Source of the DNA: Eledone cirrhosa
Taxonomy: Eukaryota
Assembly (NCBI GenBank): GCA_964016885.1
Contig: CAXHJY010000806.1
Coordinates: 1-43,404 of the forward strand
Direction: 5' to 3'
Length of the DNA: 43,404 nucleotides
Shown here: positions 1 to 11,339 of the stretch, piece by piece
Numbering within the stretch: position 1 is the first letter of the stretch
Layout: each line of letters starts with the position of its first letter
The notes under the pieces: generated by a model
What the model was told of the DNA's origin: nothing
Database searches by the model: none
The model's input: the letters and a program-made list of their open reading frames with translations, nothing else
Translations under genes and position numbers: made by a program

Positions 1-355
1 CATGAAATATTGGAAAACAAATGAGTGATGATTTAAAGCAAATATAGTATAATATGATGAAATTATTGTATACAGTGCTCAGGTGCACGACAACTCGTCA
101 AGGGTGTATGTATAGTACATAGAATAATGTACAAATGTCAGGAAATTGAACATCATCATAATCTCTGTTTTACGTCTGTTCTTCCACGCTAGCATGGGTT
201 AGACGAGTTGTCCTGTTATTGGCAGTGTCTGGTCGGCTGACCATGCCTTGCTCCTACGGGAACCAATTCTGGCTTGATTTATACAGCTGGATGCCCTTCC
301 TAACACCAACCTCATTTACAGTGAGTGCTGGGTGCTTTTTTGCCGTGGAATGATA

Positions 356-505
356 GGGACTCATTTCTACAGCTGAGTAAACTGGAGCAATGTGAAATAA
401 AGTGTCTTGCTCAAGGAAACAACATATCACCCAGTCCGAGAATTGAACTCACAACCTTTCGATTGCAAGCCCAATGCTCTAACCACTAAGCCATGTGCCT
501 TCACA
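356..505 (-). mobile_element. tRNA-headed SINE fragment; same family as 27188-27445
   Basis: Reverse complement reads GAAGGCACATGGCTTAGTGGTTAGAGCATTGGGC...GAGTTCAATTCTC (A/B-box-like), then CCTTGAGCAAGACACTTTATTTCAC, matching 27188-27330. Confidence 0.75.
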
Positions 506-2863
506 GTGTATGAATATATATAAAGACCCCCTTTGGTCACAAATGACTATGGGTTTTGTACCTAGAAAGTTGTCCTCTGAAAGATGGAAATTGCTAGATA
601 AGAAATGCGAAAAAAGATACAAAATGTATGGAGGGAGATGATCAGGCACGGAGGATGGTTGCCTGAATGACTGAAGGGAGATAAAGTAGTGGACAACCAC
701 ATGAGAGGTTTGACAGTTTATTTCATATCACTGGTACCGTATTGTACTTCAGTACCCTTGGTGCATAAAGGCAGTAGCAACAAAGAGTGGCATGAGTTTA
801 GCAAAGTAGTAGAAGACAAATTAAGTAGGACAACAACAAACAGAGATGATGATTGGGATGGTACAGTTTGTGCAGCTTCAGTTGAAAATAGATAGATGTA
901 TGAGATGTGTTGATGATGAGGTTAGTAGCAGTGGGAGGGAACACACAAGAAAAGATTAGTTCCTTAATTGTATGGAATAGCAGTTGATTCTAGAGTATGT
1001 GATCTTTGGGTAACTTGTGATAGAAATTTGTATCACTGAGCTGTTTGAAAGCTTCCTCCTAGTAAAGCTAGGACCATTGTTGGGTGGTTTGATTCTGATG
1101 TCATTATTGCACCTGAAGTGCTGAAGTGTGCAGTGTTCATCAACAGGGATAAGTCATTTGAAATGCTTTTTAAAATTTAATACATTCAAATCTTGGCAAC
1201 ACTGAATAGGGTTGAACTGTCCCAAGTCAAGTGTCCATGTAGAGCAGCAATGTTAAACCTTGAAGTCAAAATAAACTAGCTTCAGTTTTTTTAATACACT
1301 ATAGTACAAGGTTCACTTTATCATGGCAACAACATTAGAGACACAAAAAGGTTTTCTCTACCCTATGTTGTCTCTGGCACCAGAAGATTATGTCACCCTC
1401 AGTAAATCTAAAAGGTGTTCTCTTTTCTATCTGCTGTCCCTATATATTTATTCAGATGGGGAGGGAGTCCGAGCAAGAGGGTGATAGAGAGTAACAGAAA
1501 AGAAGATTGAGGAAATGATAGATAGCTACATGAAGAGTATTGGTGAATAGAAACAGCATGAGTAGTGGGATAGGAATAGAGGGAGAGTGACAGGAAAGAA
1601 ACAGAGAGGGAATATTGCAAGTCTGAGAGAGTAACAATTGTCAACAATGAATGATAGAGTGTGGGGAGTAATATGAGTGAGTGACAGATAGCAATGGAAA
1701 TGGGTGATGGTAAGGGAATGATCAGTGTCAATCATGAGTGATAGGAAGGAAGTAATGGGAGAAAATGAAAGGGAGAGAGATTGATGGTTAGAAATAAGAA
1801 AAGGGATGATGATTAGTGGGGAATTGAATTAATTTAGAATCCAATATGATACCATCCCTCATTACACAGGCAGCATGAGGGCAGAGTGAGAACAGGGAAG
1901 GCAGAAGAGTGTGTGTGTGTATGGGGTGGGGGTGGGGGGATAAGAGACAATATGGATATTCAATACAGACTTAATAGTCAAGTGAGAGCAAAATATACAT
2001 ATTATACATTCTAAACTCCACCACCACCACCACCACCATCATTTTAAAGTCTATTTTTCCATGCTTGCATTGATTGGATAGGTCTTCTGCAACACAGTAC
2101 TTTGCTATGTATTACAATCCTTCATCAGTTCCTTTAAGATTAGTCTTTGCTACTTCATCCCACATCTTCCTTAGTCTTCCTCTCATTCACCAGGATGAGC
2201 ACTTCTTTAACACCCTACATCTGGTTTATCTTTATATTATAAATGCCATATAAAATGCTTTATATAAACCCTCTTCAGTGTATTTATATTATATAAATGA
2301 GTGTGTGTATGTATATATATATATATATATCTTCTTTAATTATGGTTGAATGCTCCATATTGGTGAAGACACACTGCTATAATAAGCATTGCCACCAACC
2401 CCAACCAGTCTACCACTGCTAATATCATTTGCTGATTGACTAGAAGTTAATGCCACATGTGGGATACCATCACCGACTTGAAAATTTAGTAGTAAGGTTG
2501 ATTTTTGAAATCCCTTCAAAGGACTATTGGCTAATGAGAATTGCCTTGTCCAGAATTTGCTGGTTATGGATTTATTATTAATCAATGACCAGTGGATTCT
2601 CCATGGAATTTGAAACAATACTGTACCAGCTTAGAAGTGGATTTTTTTTATTCTGACAGATTTTTATATGCTAAACTAGGAGGATGATGGCTGTTTCAAT
2701 TGTTGAAACGTGTTGATCTGTCGTTATAATAATTACAGTTTTCATAGCTTGTGCTTCTGACTTGGAATGTTGTCTTACAATTAATCCTATGCATGTGCTC
2801 CAAATGAATTTGTCGAGCAAATTGTAAAAGGGTCAAAATCCCTGGATATCAATTTAATTATAA

Positions 2864-3367
2864 ATCTTCAGCATGATGCTCAAGCAGGCCCCAGCAGATC
2901 TTGATGATGAGGATGGAGTCTATATCAACTACTGTCTTGATGGCAGCCTGTTTAATCTTTGTCAACTACAGGTTCAAACAAAGACCCTGGACTGATCCGA
3001 GACGTCCTCTTTGCCGACGATGTTGCTCTTGTTGCCCTCTTGTTGCATGGTTGAATGCTCCATATTGGTGAAGTCATGCTGCTATAATAAGCATTGCCAC
3101 CAACCCCAGCCAGTCTGCCACTGCTTTGTAGAGCATCACTTCCTGCTTCGCTTCAGCTTACACCTGAAGAAGGGTACCACCCTTCCTATATCACCATTGA
3201 TGAGTTCACCTACTGGGGGTAGATCGACAGGGAAATCAGTAACAGATTGGCAAAGGTGAGCAGTGCATTTGGTAGACAGTACAAATGTATGTGGAGCAAT
3301 AAACACCTAATGAAGGGTACCAAGATCAGAGTGTACAGAGCCATAGTCCTTACCACCCTCCTATATA
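2864..3367 (+). mobile_element. Degraded RTE-clade LINE reverse-transcriptase fragment
   Basis: Broken translation IFSMMLKQA..DLDDEDGVYINYCLDGSLFNL..LQ..TKT / IRDVLFADDVALVA / EISNRLAKVSSAFGR...W....L...TKIRVYRAIVLTTLLY, typical of RTE RT; frameshifts and deletions. Confidence 0.85.
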
Positions 3368-4408
3368 TACATATAAATATATATATAGATGATATATAGA
3401 TGATATATATATATATATATATATATAGTTTCATAACATTTCAAATAATTTGATGTACATTTCCCTTGAAACATGTGTAAGGAAATAAATATGATTTAAA
3501 AGATAATTTTTCCATCTATATACTTGTTTATATTTATTCTGTGTTATATCTGCATCTCCAAATCTTTCACTTCAAACTTATATTATAATATATAAACACA
3601 TCAAGCTAATTCTGAAAAGACATGCCTATTATATACTATCATATGTAATTCTCTACTTTCCTTTGAGCTTTGTATATATAGTTTTATCTTTGCTATATAT
3701 ACATATATAAATATAAACATACATATATATAAATATATATACAATAAAAAAACTAATACATATAAACAAAACTTCATCAATTTTGCAAGTTTTCTACAGC
3801 TTGATACTCTTCCTAACACCAATCACTTTATTGAATGTACTGAGTGCATTTTATTAGGCACCATCACTAGAGGTGTTGTCATGCCCTTGACATAATCTAA
3901 TAATCTTTATGAATAGTCATTGTTCTGTGATAAACAATGATTAATATATGATTACATAGAAAGAATATGTTAGATGGAAACTAATTAGTGTTATAGTTTA
4001 CATGAGTGGGTGTGTGTGTGAGAGTCTCTGTGTGTGGGTGTATGTGTGTGTGTGTGTAAGAGAGAGAGAGAGAGTCTGTTTGTGTGTGAGAGAGTCTCTG
4101 TTTGTGTGTGGGTGTATGTGTGTGTATCTAAACTCTGTTATATTTCTTACATTAGAACAAAGACACAGATTTGTAGGACAGGGATTCAGTCAATTGTGAG
4201 GTCTTTAGTATATAACCAACACCAGTTTTATCATCTCTGAAGGGAGGAAAAGCAAAGTGCAACCAAACATCATATATACATGTGTTTGAAGTAGAATGAT
4301 TCAACAGTGAAAGAATACATACATTTATATAACAAATATGTACATAGCTGGCAAGTTTATTTAGCCGTAAATTCACAAATTCTAGTTACATAACAACCTC
4401 CATAGAAA

Positions 4409-4444
<36 letters not shown>

Positions 4445-4445
<1 letters not shown>

Positions 4446-5081
4446 CAAAGGAATTGTGGTAAGGAACAAAATGGACCATAATGCACCAGAGTACTCAATA
4501 CTTAGGGTAGTAGAGTGGGAAATAGGAAAAAGTATGACCCCGACGGCAGAGCTCAAGCCGTTTCGACGGCTATTTCTGGACTAAATTAGAATTTTTAGCC
4601 TGGTGAATAAATAGCCGAACTTTTCAAGGGGGTACTTCCTTATATGGGAAGATTGTAGTTGTCAAGAGGATTGGTTAAAATTTGTTGTAAAAACAAATGA
4701 GTCTATTTGGTGGGTGGTAGGGGTGGCTGAACTTGCCTGTAGAACAATAGGGGAGTGAGTGGAGCGGTCAAGCAAGCGTTGAATGAAGTGGGGAGGGAGG
4801 TTATAGAATAGGTAAATCGAAAGAGAGTAGGAGACAATAAAAGATACTAGAAAGAAATTTAAAAAAAAAATAAATATATAAAATTAGATAGTAAGAAAAT
4901 GATAGACTTATTTGTGTTTACAACAAATTTTAACCAATCCTCTTGACAACTACAATCTTCCCATATAAAGAAGTACCCCCTTGAAAAGTTCGGCTATTTA
5001 TTCACTAGGCTAAAAATTCTAATTTAGTCCAGAAATAGCCATCAAAACGGCTTGAGCTCTGCCGTCGGGGTCATACTTTTT

Positions 5082-5086
<5 letters not shown>
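4445..5086. mobile_element. Penelope-like element remnant with inverted pseudo-LTRs (arms 4522-4706 and 4902-5086), inside a (TA)n tract
   Basis: 185-bp inverted repeat with about 6 mismatches and a 195-bp spacer; (TA)n on both flanks; each arm has a hammerhead fold. The Penelope assignment is inferred from this combination. Confidence 0.7.
4530..4637 (-). ncRNA. Type I hammerhead ribozyme motif with U3-A8 variant core
   Basis: Minus strand: AAGUACCCCC-[UUGAAAA]-GUU-CGGCUAUUU...AAAUAGCCG-UC-[GAA]-ACGGC-UUGAGCUCU-GCCGU-C/GGGG-UCA-UACUU. Helices I, II and III all pair; GUC cleavage triplet at plus 4542-4544. Confidence 0.75.
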
Positions 5087-5121
<35 letters not shown>

Positions 5122-5127
<6 letters not shown>

Positions 5128-5281
5128 GGTTGGCTGAAAAGTTCATAGGCTGACTATGTAGGATTGATGCTAGAGCTGTTGCATTGCTTCTTTCCAGGGA
5201 CTATGTTGCAAAATAAACCTCATTTGGTCATTTCATGAGAGTATCTTGGTCAGCCTATGAAATTTTCAGCTGAGCCTCATA
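5122..5281. mobile_element. Tc1/mariner-type MITE
   Basis: ~33-bp terminal inverted repeats TATGAGGGTTGGCTGAAAAGTTCATAGGCTGAC / GTCAGCCTATGAAATTTTCAGCTGAGCCTCATA, embedded in (TA)n. Confidence 0.8.
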
Positions 5282-5283
5282 TA

Positions 5284-5351
<68 letters not shown>

Positions 5352-5437
5352 CATATATATACATACACACATCTATTTGATGGATGATAGATTGCTAAGT
5401 GTTTACTCAACAACTTCCTTCCATATCTTAGATCAGT

Positions 5438-5848
5438 TTAACCATTTCAAAACCAACCCACATGAAACTGTCCCAATTCTATGATGACAAATCTCATTTT
5501 AATGTATATATATTTAAATAGAAAATAATGTTATAGAAGTATATCTTTATTAAAAATCCAAGCTTAATAATTTATTTTACTAAACTTCTTCAAACTGTTG
5601 ATTCATTATAAAATTAATTAAAAACACATAGATGGTGTGTTTGAAATAATTTTGAAAATAACCAAAATTTAGATACATTTAGTAATATAAGAATTTTTCT
5701 AATTATTAGACGTGTGTTTGGAACATAAACGTTTTTACATAAACTTATGATGGAAGGTTTTGGTTTATATATAGACTATATAAAATGAGAGATTTTTATG
5801 TCATAGAATCATGGGTGGTCTCAGGTGGGTTGATATTGAAAGAGTTAA
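5438..5848. mobile_element. TTAA-flanked (piggyBac-type) MITE; related partial copies at about 8310-8700, 9266-9460, 28071-28281 and 40647-40910
   Basis: TTAA at both ends; imperfect TIRs TTAACCATTTCAAAACCAACCCACATGAAAC / GTCTCAGGTGGGTTGATATTGAAAGAGTTAA; internal CCAGCTTAATAAT motif recurs elsewhere. Confidence 0.65.
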
Positions 5849-6653
5849 GCACAGATGACTCTAGACCTCAACAACAACAATATAGCAACTATATATCAAT
5901 TAGGGATTGATAGAAATAATTCAATGTATATGTTTGAAAAGTGTTCATCTCTTGTGAAACTAAAGTAATACAGAGAATAGTATTATTAAATTGGAAGCAG
6001 TGATTCATTGATAAAAAATCACATAATTTGTTTATCTAATGGGCTATAGAAAATACAATCATATTGTATTTTATTGATGAAATATATATATATATATATA
6101 CTAATGCAGTGACTTGACAGAGATATTAGAATGTCAGTTTGAATGCTTTGCAGCATCATCCCTTTGAGGTTGATATAAAAATACCAGTCTAGTACTGGAG
6201 TGTATTTTTTTTCTATATCCCTTTTTCACTTCCTCTTTATCACTCTCTCTCCTCTGGAAGAAATCAGTTGTGTTAAGAACAGCCCAGCTCTCCTGGCAAG
6301 GGCTTTCCTATGTAAATCATAAAAACTATATATATATTGTTTGTATGTATATATATATATATATCAAAAATAATACACAATATGCTTCAAATATCCTTTA
6401 TCACTGAAATACAATCTTCATTGTTAATTATATATTAACAATAATGATGAGAAAAGAGTTAAAATAATGAGAGGTAGACACTATGTTAGTATTGTGGTTT
6501 ATGCTCTCTATTAAGACATATATAATAGTTATATATAGAGATAATAAGCTACATATAATAACTATAAGATACATATAATAGTTATATATAGAGAGACAAG
6601 ATACATATCGTAGTTACTGTCATGTAGAAATAAAATTACTAAACAACAATTAC

Positions 6654-6748
6654 CTTGCTCAAGGTTAGAATTCAAACCTACAGTAGAAGACTTCAGAGGA
6701 ATATTCCTTACATTTTCAGCCTTCAGATTTCTCCGTTGATGTTCCGGA
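6654..6748 (-). CDS. PIKFYVE: PIKfyve exon: PEHQRRNLKAENVRNIPLKSSTVGLNSNLEQ
   Basis: TTTAACTTCAG acceptor, AAG/GTAATT donor, 95 nt, phase 2-1; last exon I can place confidently. Confidence 0.82.
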
Positions 6749-7073
6749 CTGAAGTTAAAATAACATAGATTTATGATAACAAAGCAATGTTGCAAATATT
6801 TTTAATAGTTTCTTGAAATAAAAAAATATATTTTCTACAACTTTCGGATCTGAATTGGTAACTCCAGCACCCCTTGTAGGATGTGATTAAATGAGCAGAT
6901 CTCCTCACACCTTTTTTTCTTATGGAAATATTTATATATAAAAAAAGAAAATTGTATATGAGCTAAAATATGCAACCACTGCCTGGGAAATACTTTAGTG
7001 CTGTAATTTGTTCCCCCAGCACAACATGGATATAGGGACATGATATATAATTTAGCAAGTGGCTTGAACTTAC

Positions 7074-7151
7074 CTTGCTGATGGAGAATCTCTTTGTACA
7101 GGACCAAGATGACTTTGAATTTCTTGGAGACGACTATGATAATCTCGAGAA
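7074..7151 (-). CDS. PIKFYVE: PIKfyve exon: SRDYHSRLQEIQSHLGPVQRDSPSA(S)
   Basis: CTTTTTATCACAG acceptor, AAG/GTAAGT donor, 78 nt, phase 2-2. Confidence 0.92.
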
Positions 7152-7456
7152 CTGTGATAAAAAGAAATGTGACAGTTATTTCAGCTTTTTGTCCTGATAT
7201 TAACATTTTATGTTCCATTAAAAGAAAATACCTGCAATCACTTGAATTAAAGCAATCTACTTGACTAATGAAAACCACAGCCTTACCATTAAAAAAAATA
7301 TTACACAGGATAAATGCAGTCATAAATACACACACATGAAAAACAAGTTGATCATGGCTGGAACACTGTTGATCAAAGGTTTGTTTGATAAGAGTTTACT
7401 AAGCAGTAAGCAAAAGAAAAAATATTTAAACAGAAGAAAAACGGCTGTGATCTTAC

Positions 7457-7552
7457 CTGAGAGCATACGCAATTATGGAGCTTGGTTCTGTATCATAGAC
7501 AATTACAGGAATACGTTCACATTTAGCCAGTAGAGGATGTTCATGGGCTTCA
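7457..7552 (-). CDS. PIKFYVE: PIKfyve exon: (F)EAHEHPLLAKCERIPVIVYDTEPSSIIAYAL(S)
   Basis: AATTGTAG acceptor, CAG/GTAAGA donor, 96 nt, phase 2-2; EPSSIIA(Y/F)ALS is a FAB1-family hallmark. Confidence 0.96.
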
Positions 7553-8383
7553 CTACAATTACACAGATTATGGGAAAATATGACTAGATATTCTTTCAAT
7601 ATATCTAGAAAGATACATTATGAAAAGAGTTGGTATGAAACTAAACACTTTAGTCTATTTCCTCCATCATTAATGCATAACACTTTAACAAGACATTCTT
7701 TATCATCATCATCATCATGCTAGCAAGAGTTGGACGGGTCCATACAGATCAAGTCAGTACTAAAGCAGAGTCCCTGATCTCACAGGTAGGCCAGAGATCT
7801 GTGTCTCGCTTATGTATGGTCTCATATTCCATTGAGTGCTCAGGAGAGGTTATCATGTCATTGAGACAACTGAGGGTCCTCCCAACACTGTTTGGCAAGA
7901 TTTCTATGGCTGGATGCCCATCCTATCACCAACCACTTCATAGCGTGTACTGGGTGTGTTTATCTTGTAAATCAGCAACACTAGGGAAGTTGTCATGTCC
8001 TTGACATGACTGAAGGGTCCTCCCGACAATCTTGAAAAGTAAAACATAGCACTAGGACTTCATAACATTAAAAAATAAAGTCTTTAATTTAGTTTACTGC
8101 AAACATTTTTGGAATGATCTCTCCATTAGTAAAGATTCTATAGACATTAGAATTAACAAACCTATCTTTAACTATTTTCATTACAGGATGTAATTACAGA
8201 CAGTAACATTTACAGGAGCATACTCTTCATATAAATTCTGCTAATTGATGTTAATTAGTTCAATTTTTCAATAGCAAAAATTGAATCATTATCAATTAAT
8301 CACCTACATTTTAAGTTGTTTTTTACAGATGTTTATCCTAATACGTTCATATTTATCTAAAAGCCTTTCATTATAATTTTATG

Positions 8384-8569
8384 TAGGGCGGTGAATTGGC
8401 AGTATCGGTAGAGAGTCAGATATGTTTTCCAACATAGAGTTACGTTCCTTTACGATCTGAGTTCAAATCCCGCTGAGGTTAACTTTGCCTTTCATCCATA
8501 CGGGGTCGATAAAATAAAGTACCAGTAATGTACTGGGTAATTGCTGGCCTTGTGCCAAAAGTAGAAACA
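8384..8569 (+). mobile_element. Full-length tRNA-derived SINE with 14-bp target-site duplication
   Basis: GGCGGTGAATTGGCAGTATCGGTAGAG (A box), GAGTTCAAATCCC (B box), body CTTTGCCTTTCATCC..GGGGTCGATAAAATAAAGTACCAGT; TSD ATTATAATTTTATG at 8370-8383 and 8570-8583. Confidence 0.9.
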
Positions 8570-9107
8570 ATTATAATTTTATGCATGAACCTTTGTTAAG
8601 TTATATTCCAAACACCAGCTTAATAATGGGAAAGTTTATTATATCATTAAATCCATTTAAATTCTTGAATAATTTCAAAATTATTTGAAAATCATAGACA
8701 ATGTTGTCTTCTTCTTATCCTCCTCCTCCTCCTTCTTCTCCTTTTCTTTCTTTCTCCTCCTCACCCTCCCATCCTCTTCCTTTCCCTTCACCTACTTACT
8801 TCTGAGAGGGCCACAGGGTGAGAGTCCTCAAGCATGGCTTCCAGCAGGTCCTGTAAGAAGCAACTGTCTCCTGTTGCTCCAGCTGGATTCCCAAGTGAGA
8901 TCAGCCAAGGTCATGGATATTATTAATTAGTTATAACTTTCAGGTTCATGAACCCTAGGCTAAGGTGATCAGTGTTGATATTACAGCTGTAATTCCACAA
9001 CTTCCACCACCAGTCCTCACAATAGACTCAATATATCAATTGTGCAAACCAAGACAAATCAAAAAAGAAAAGAATACTTTACCAAGAGATCTATATCTAC
9101 TACTTAC

Positions 9108-9219
9108 AAAGGCATTCTCAAGTTGGTTATATTTCCAGACGTTGTACGGAAGCCAGGTATTCGACTTAACACTGTCCGTTTCTTTTCTAGTTCTTCATTC
9201 CCAACATCATCGGAGTTAT
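9108..9219 (-). CDS. PIKFYVE: PIKfyve exon: (Y)NSDDVGNEELEKKRTVLSRIPGFRTTSGNITNLRMP(F)
   Basis: TTTACTCTCCACAG acceptor, GTAAGT donor, 112 nt, phase 1-2; only this frame is open and it yields the conserved PF junction. Confidence 0.85.
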
Positions 9220-9472
9220 CTGTGGAGAGTAAAGGTTTTGAATGACTGTTAGCTTTGCACACATCAACCTTTTCATACCAAACTGCCTGAAACTACCCCT
9301 TGTTTATGTGTTTACATTTATCTAAAACCACTTCTATCATAATGTTATGTAAGAACCTTTGTTAAATTATGTTCTGAACAGTAATTTAAGAAAGTTAGTT
9401 ATATCACTAAATCCTTTCAATTCATGATTATTTTGAAAATTATTTGAAAATTCTATGCACTTTCATCTATTA

Positions 9473-10278
9473 TCTATATATATAAAACTGAGAATGTCTG
9501 TCTGTGTGTGTGTGAGTTTGAATCCCTAAAACTAGAGAAGCACCCAACCGACTGTTTTCAAACTTTACACATGTAATACTTATGTTTCAGGGAGTGTTCT
9601 GAGCAAAAAGAATTTAAAATTTTCAATGCCCTAGTGACCACATTAGGCGATTTAGCGATCTCTCTCTATAATTCTTAGTCTTTCTCTTTTTAGATAGATA
9701 CATACATATAGCATTGCGCTGTCTGCATTACATCACTTCCCTGAGGATGTACCCAACCGATTTTTTTCAAACTTTCCATGTGTATTACTTATGTTTCAGG
9801 GAGTGTTATGCACATAAAAAATTCAACTTTTTGATCTCCTAGCGCCCGCATTAGGTGAAAAACTACGTTTTTAAAGCTTTTTAGGGTTTTTTTGAGGCAT
9901 TATGTCAGACCGATTTCCTTGAAATTATAACTCTGTATTAATCAGTCTCTTCTTCATACCGTGACCAAAGAAAATCCAACTTTTTTATGTCCTAGGGCCT
10001 GCATTAGGTGAAAAACTTCATTTTTTTTCAGCTTTTTAGGGTTTTTTGGAGGCGTTATGTCTAGCCGATTTTCCCGAAATTTCAAGGCATATTATGCACA
10101 TAAAAAAATTTATTTTCTAGATCCCCTAGGTGAAAACCTGCATTTTTCCTGCTTCATCGAGTATTCGGTTTATTTTCTTTACATATTATCCAGGCATGCA
10201 GTTTTTCTACAATTAGGTCTGTTGGTGGCTCGCGTTCCAAAATACCTTATCTCGTGCAACGCCGGGTACCACTGCTAG
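9473..10278 (+). mobile_element. Non-autonomous Helitron
   Basis: A/TC start (TCTATATATATAAAACTGAGAATGTCTGTCTG), subterminal hairpin CTCGTGCAACGCCGGG (10251-10266), CTAG/T end, no TSD, internal subrepeats (9541/9750; 9849/10001). Confidence 0.85.
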
Positions 10279-10664
10279 TATAATATAAAACAGAGATGTT
10301 TGTTGGTGTCTTCACGCATCACACAAAAACGAAAACTGACAATTGAAAAGTCATTTACTTTAAGTGTTCCAGTTGTTCAATCAACAGAACAGCCTGCTCA
10401 TGAAATTAATGTGTAAGTATTTAATCATTCTATAAGCACTTGTACCCATAACGTAATTCTCATGGAGATTCAACATGATACAATATGTGAGAAAGCTGGA
10501 CCTTTAAATTGCATGTACAGTCCATCTGGTGGGCTTCCAAACAGTTTTCATCTATATAATTGGTATCAAAAAGGTTTTTAAAAACAGCTGTATTTTAGGA
10601 GAGAAGAAAAGATAGAAATTAAATGTTCGATTAATTCTGAAAGATAGTTTGAAAAATGACTTAC

Positions 10665-10820
10665 ATTTTCTGTCTCTTATTACAACTCTCAATTTACCAT
10701 CCTTTTCATCTCGATTATTTCCAGGAGAGGAAGATTCTTGACTTCCAAATGCTACATCACTTTTAGGTGAGGAATTCATATTAGAGTCAAAATTACCAAC
10801 CAATAGAGTTTCTTTGGTTG
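10665..10820 (-). CDS. PIKFYVE: PIKfyve exon: TKETLLVGNFDSNMNSSPKSDVAFGSQESSSPGNNRDEKDGKLRVVIRDRK
   Basis: TCATCATCCAG acceptor, GTAAGT donor, 156 nt, phase 1-1. Confidence 0.8.
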
Positions 10821-11339
10821 CTGGATGATGATAAAGAAAGGTTTAAAAACAGTTAATCCATTGTGATAGTAAAAACAAAATAGCTACAATGGCATAGTTT
10901 AAAAAATTAAGAATGAAGAAAGTTAATAAATATTTATTAGCAAAACACTTAACTTTCCTTGAAGATATATGTCTGTATGGACCTGTAACTCTTGGTAGAG
11001 TCGTAGGGGCACCATAAGAAAATATAGCATATCGTTAAATTTAATGGAACCCATCCCCTCACTAAGTCTGGAGAGAGAGAATATATCCCAGTGCTGGACT
11101 GGACTTTTTTTTATAGACTTCGAAAGTATGAAAGGCAAAGTTGATCCCAACAGGATTTGAGCACAGAGAGCTGGAATGAATACTGCAAAGCATTCTATCT
11201 GAAATCCTGCCAAGTCTGATAAGAGGACATACATATGTCACCATACATGAAATGTAGTGAGAAAATAGTATCTCATGATATTAGAAAGAAAATGTATGAT
11301 GATAATAATATATCACGTATATTTGTATATTTACATATA

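Noticed and set aside
1316-1441. Additional PIKfyve exon
   Set aside because: No pyrimidine tract, early stop in the required phase and no family motif.
1408-1820. Three overlapping minus-strand ORFs
   Set aside because: By-product of a degenerate purine-rich (GA/AT) low-complexity tract.
2660-2730. Second hammerhead (GGATGATGG...TTGAAACGTG)
   Set aside because: Core is degenerate and I could not form helices I and III.
4971-5079. Active plus-strand hammerhead in the right arm of the inverted repeat
   Set aside because: The GAAA core reads AAAA (G12 lost), so it is predicted inactive.
6225-6307. Additional PIKfyve exon
   Set aside because: Weak acceptor, stop codon in the required phase and no good donor.
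6835-7335. 166-aa ORF as an independent gene
   Set aside because: It overlaps PIKfyve exon 7074-7151 in another frame; the rest is AT-rich intron with no recognisable domain.
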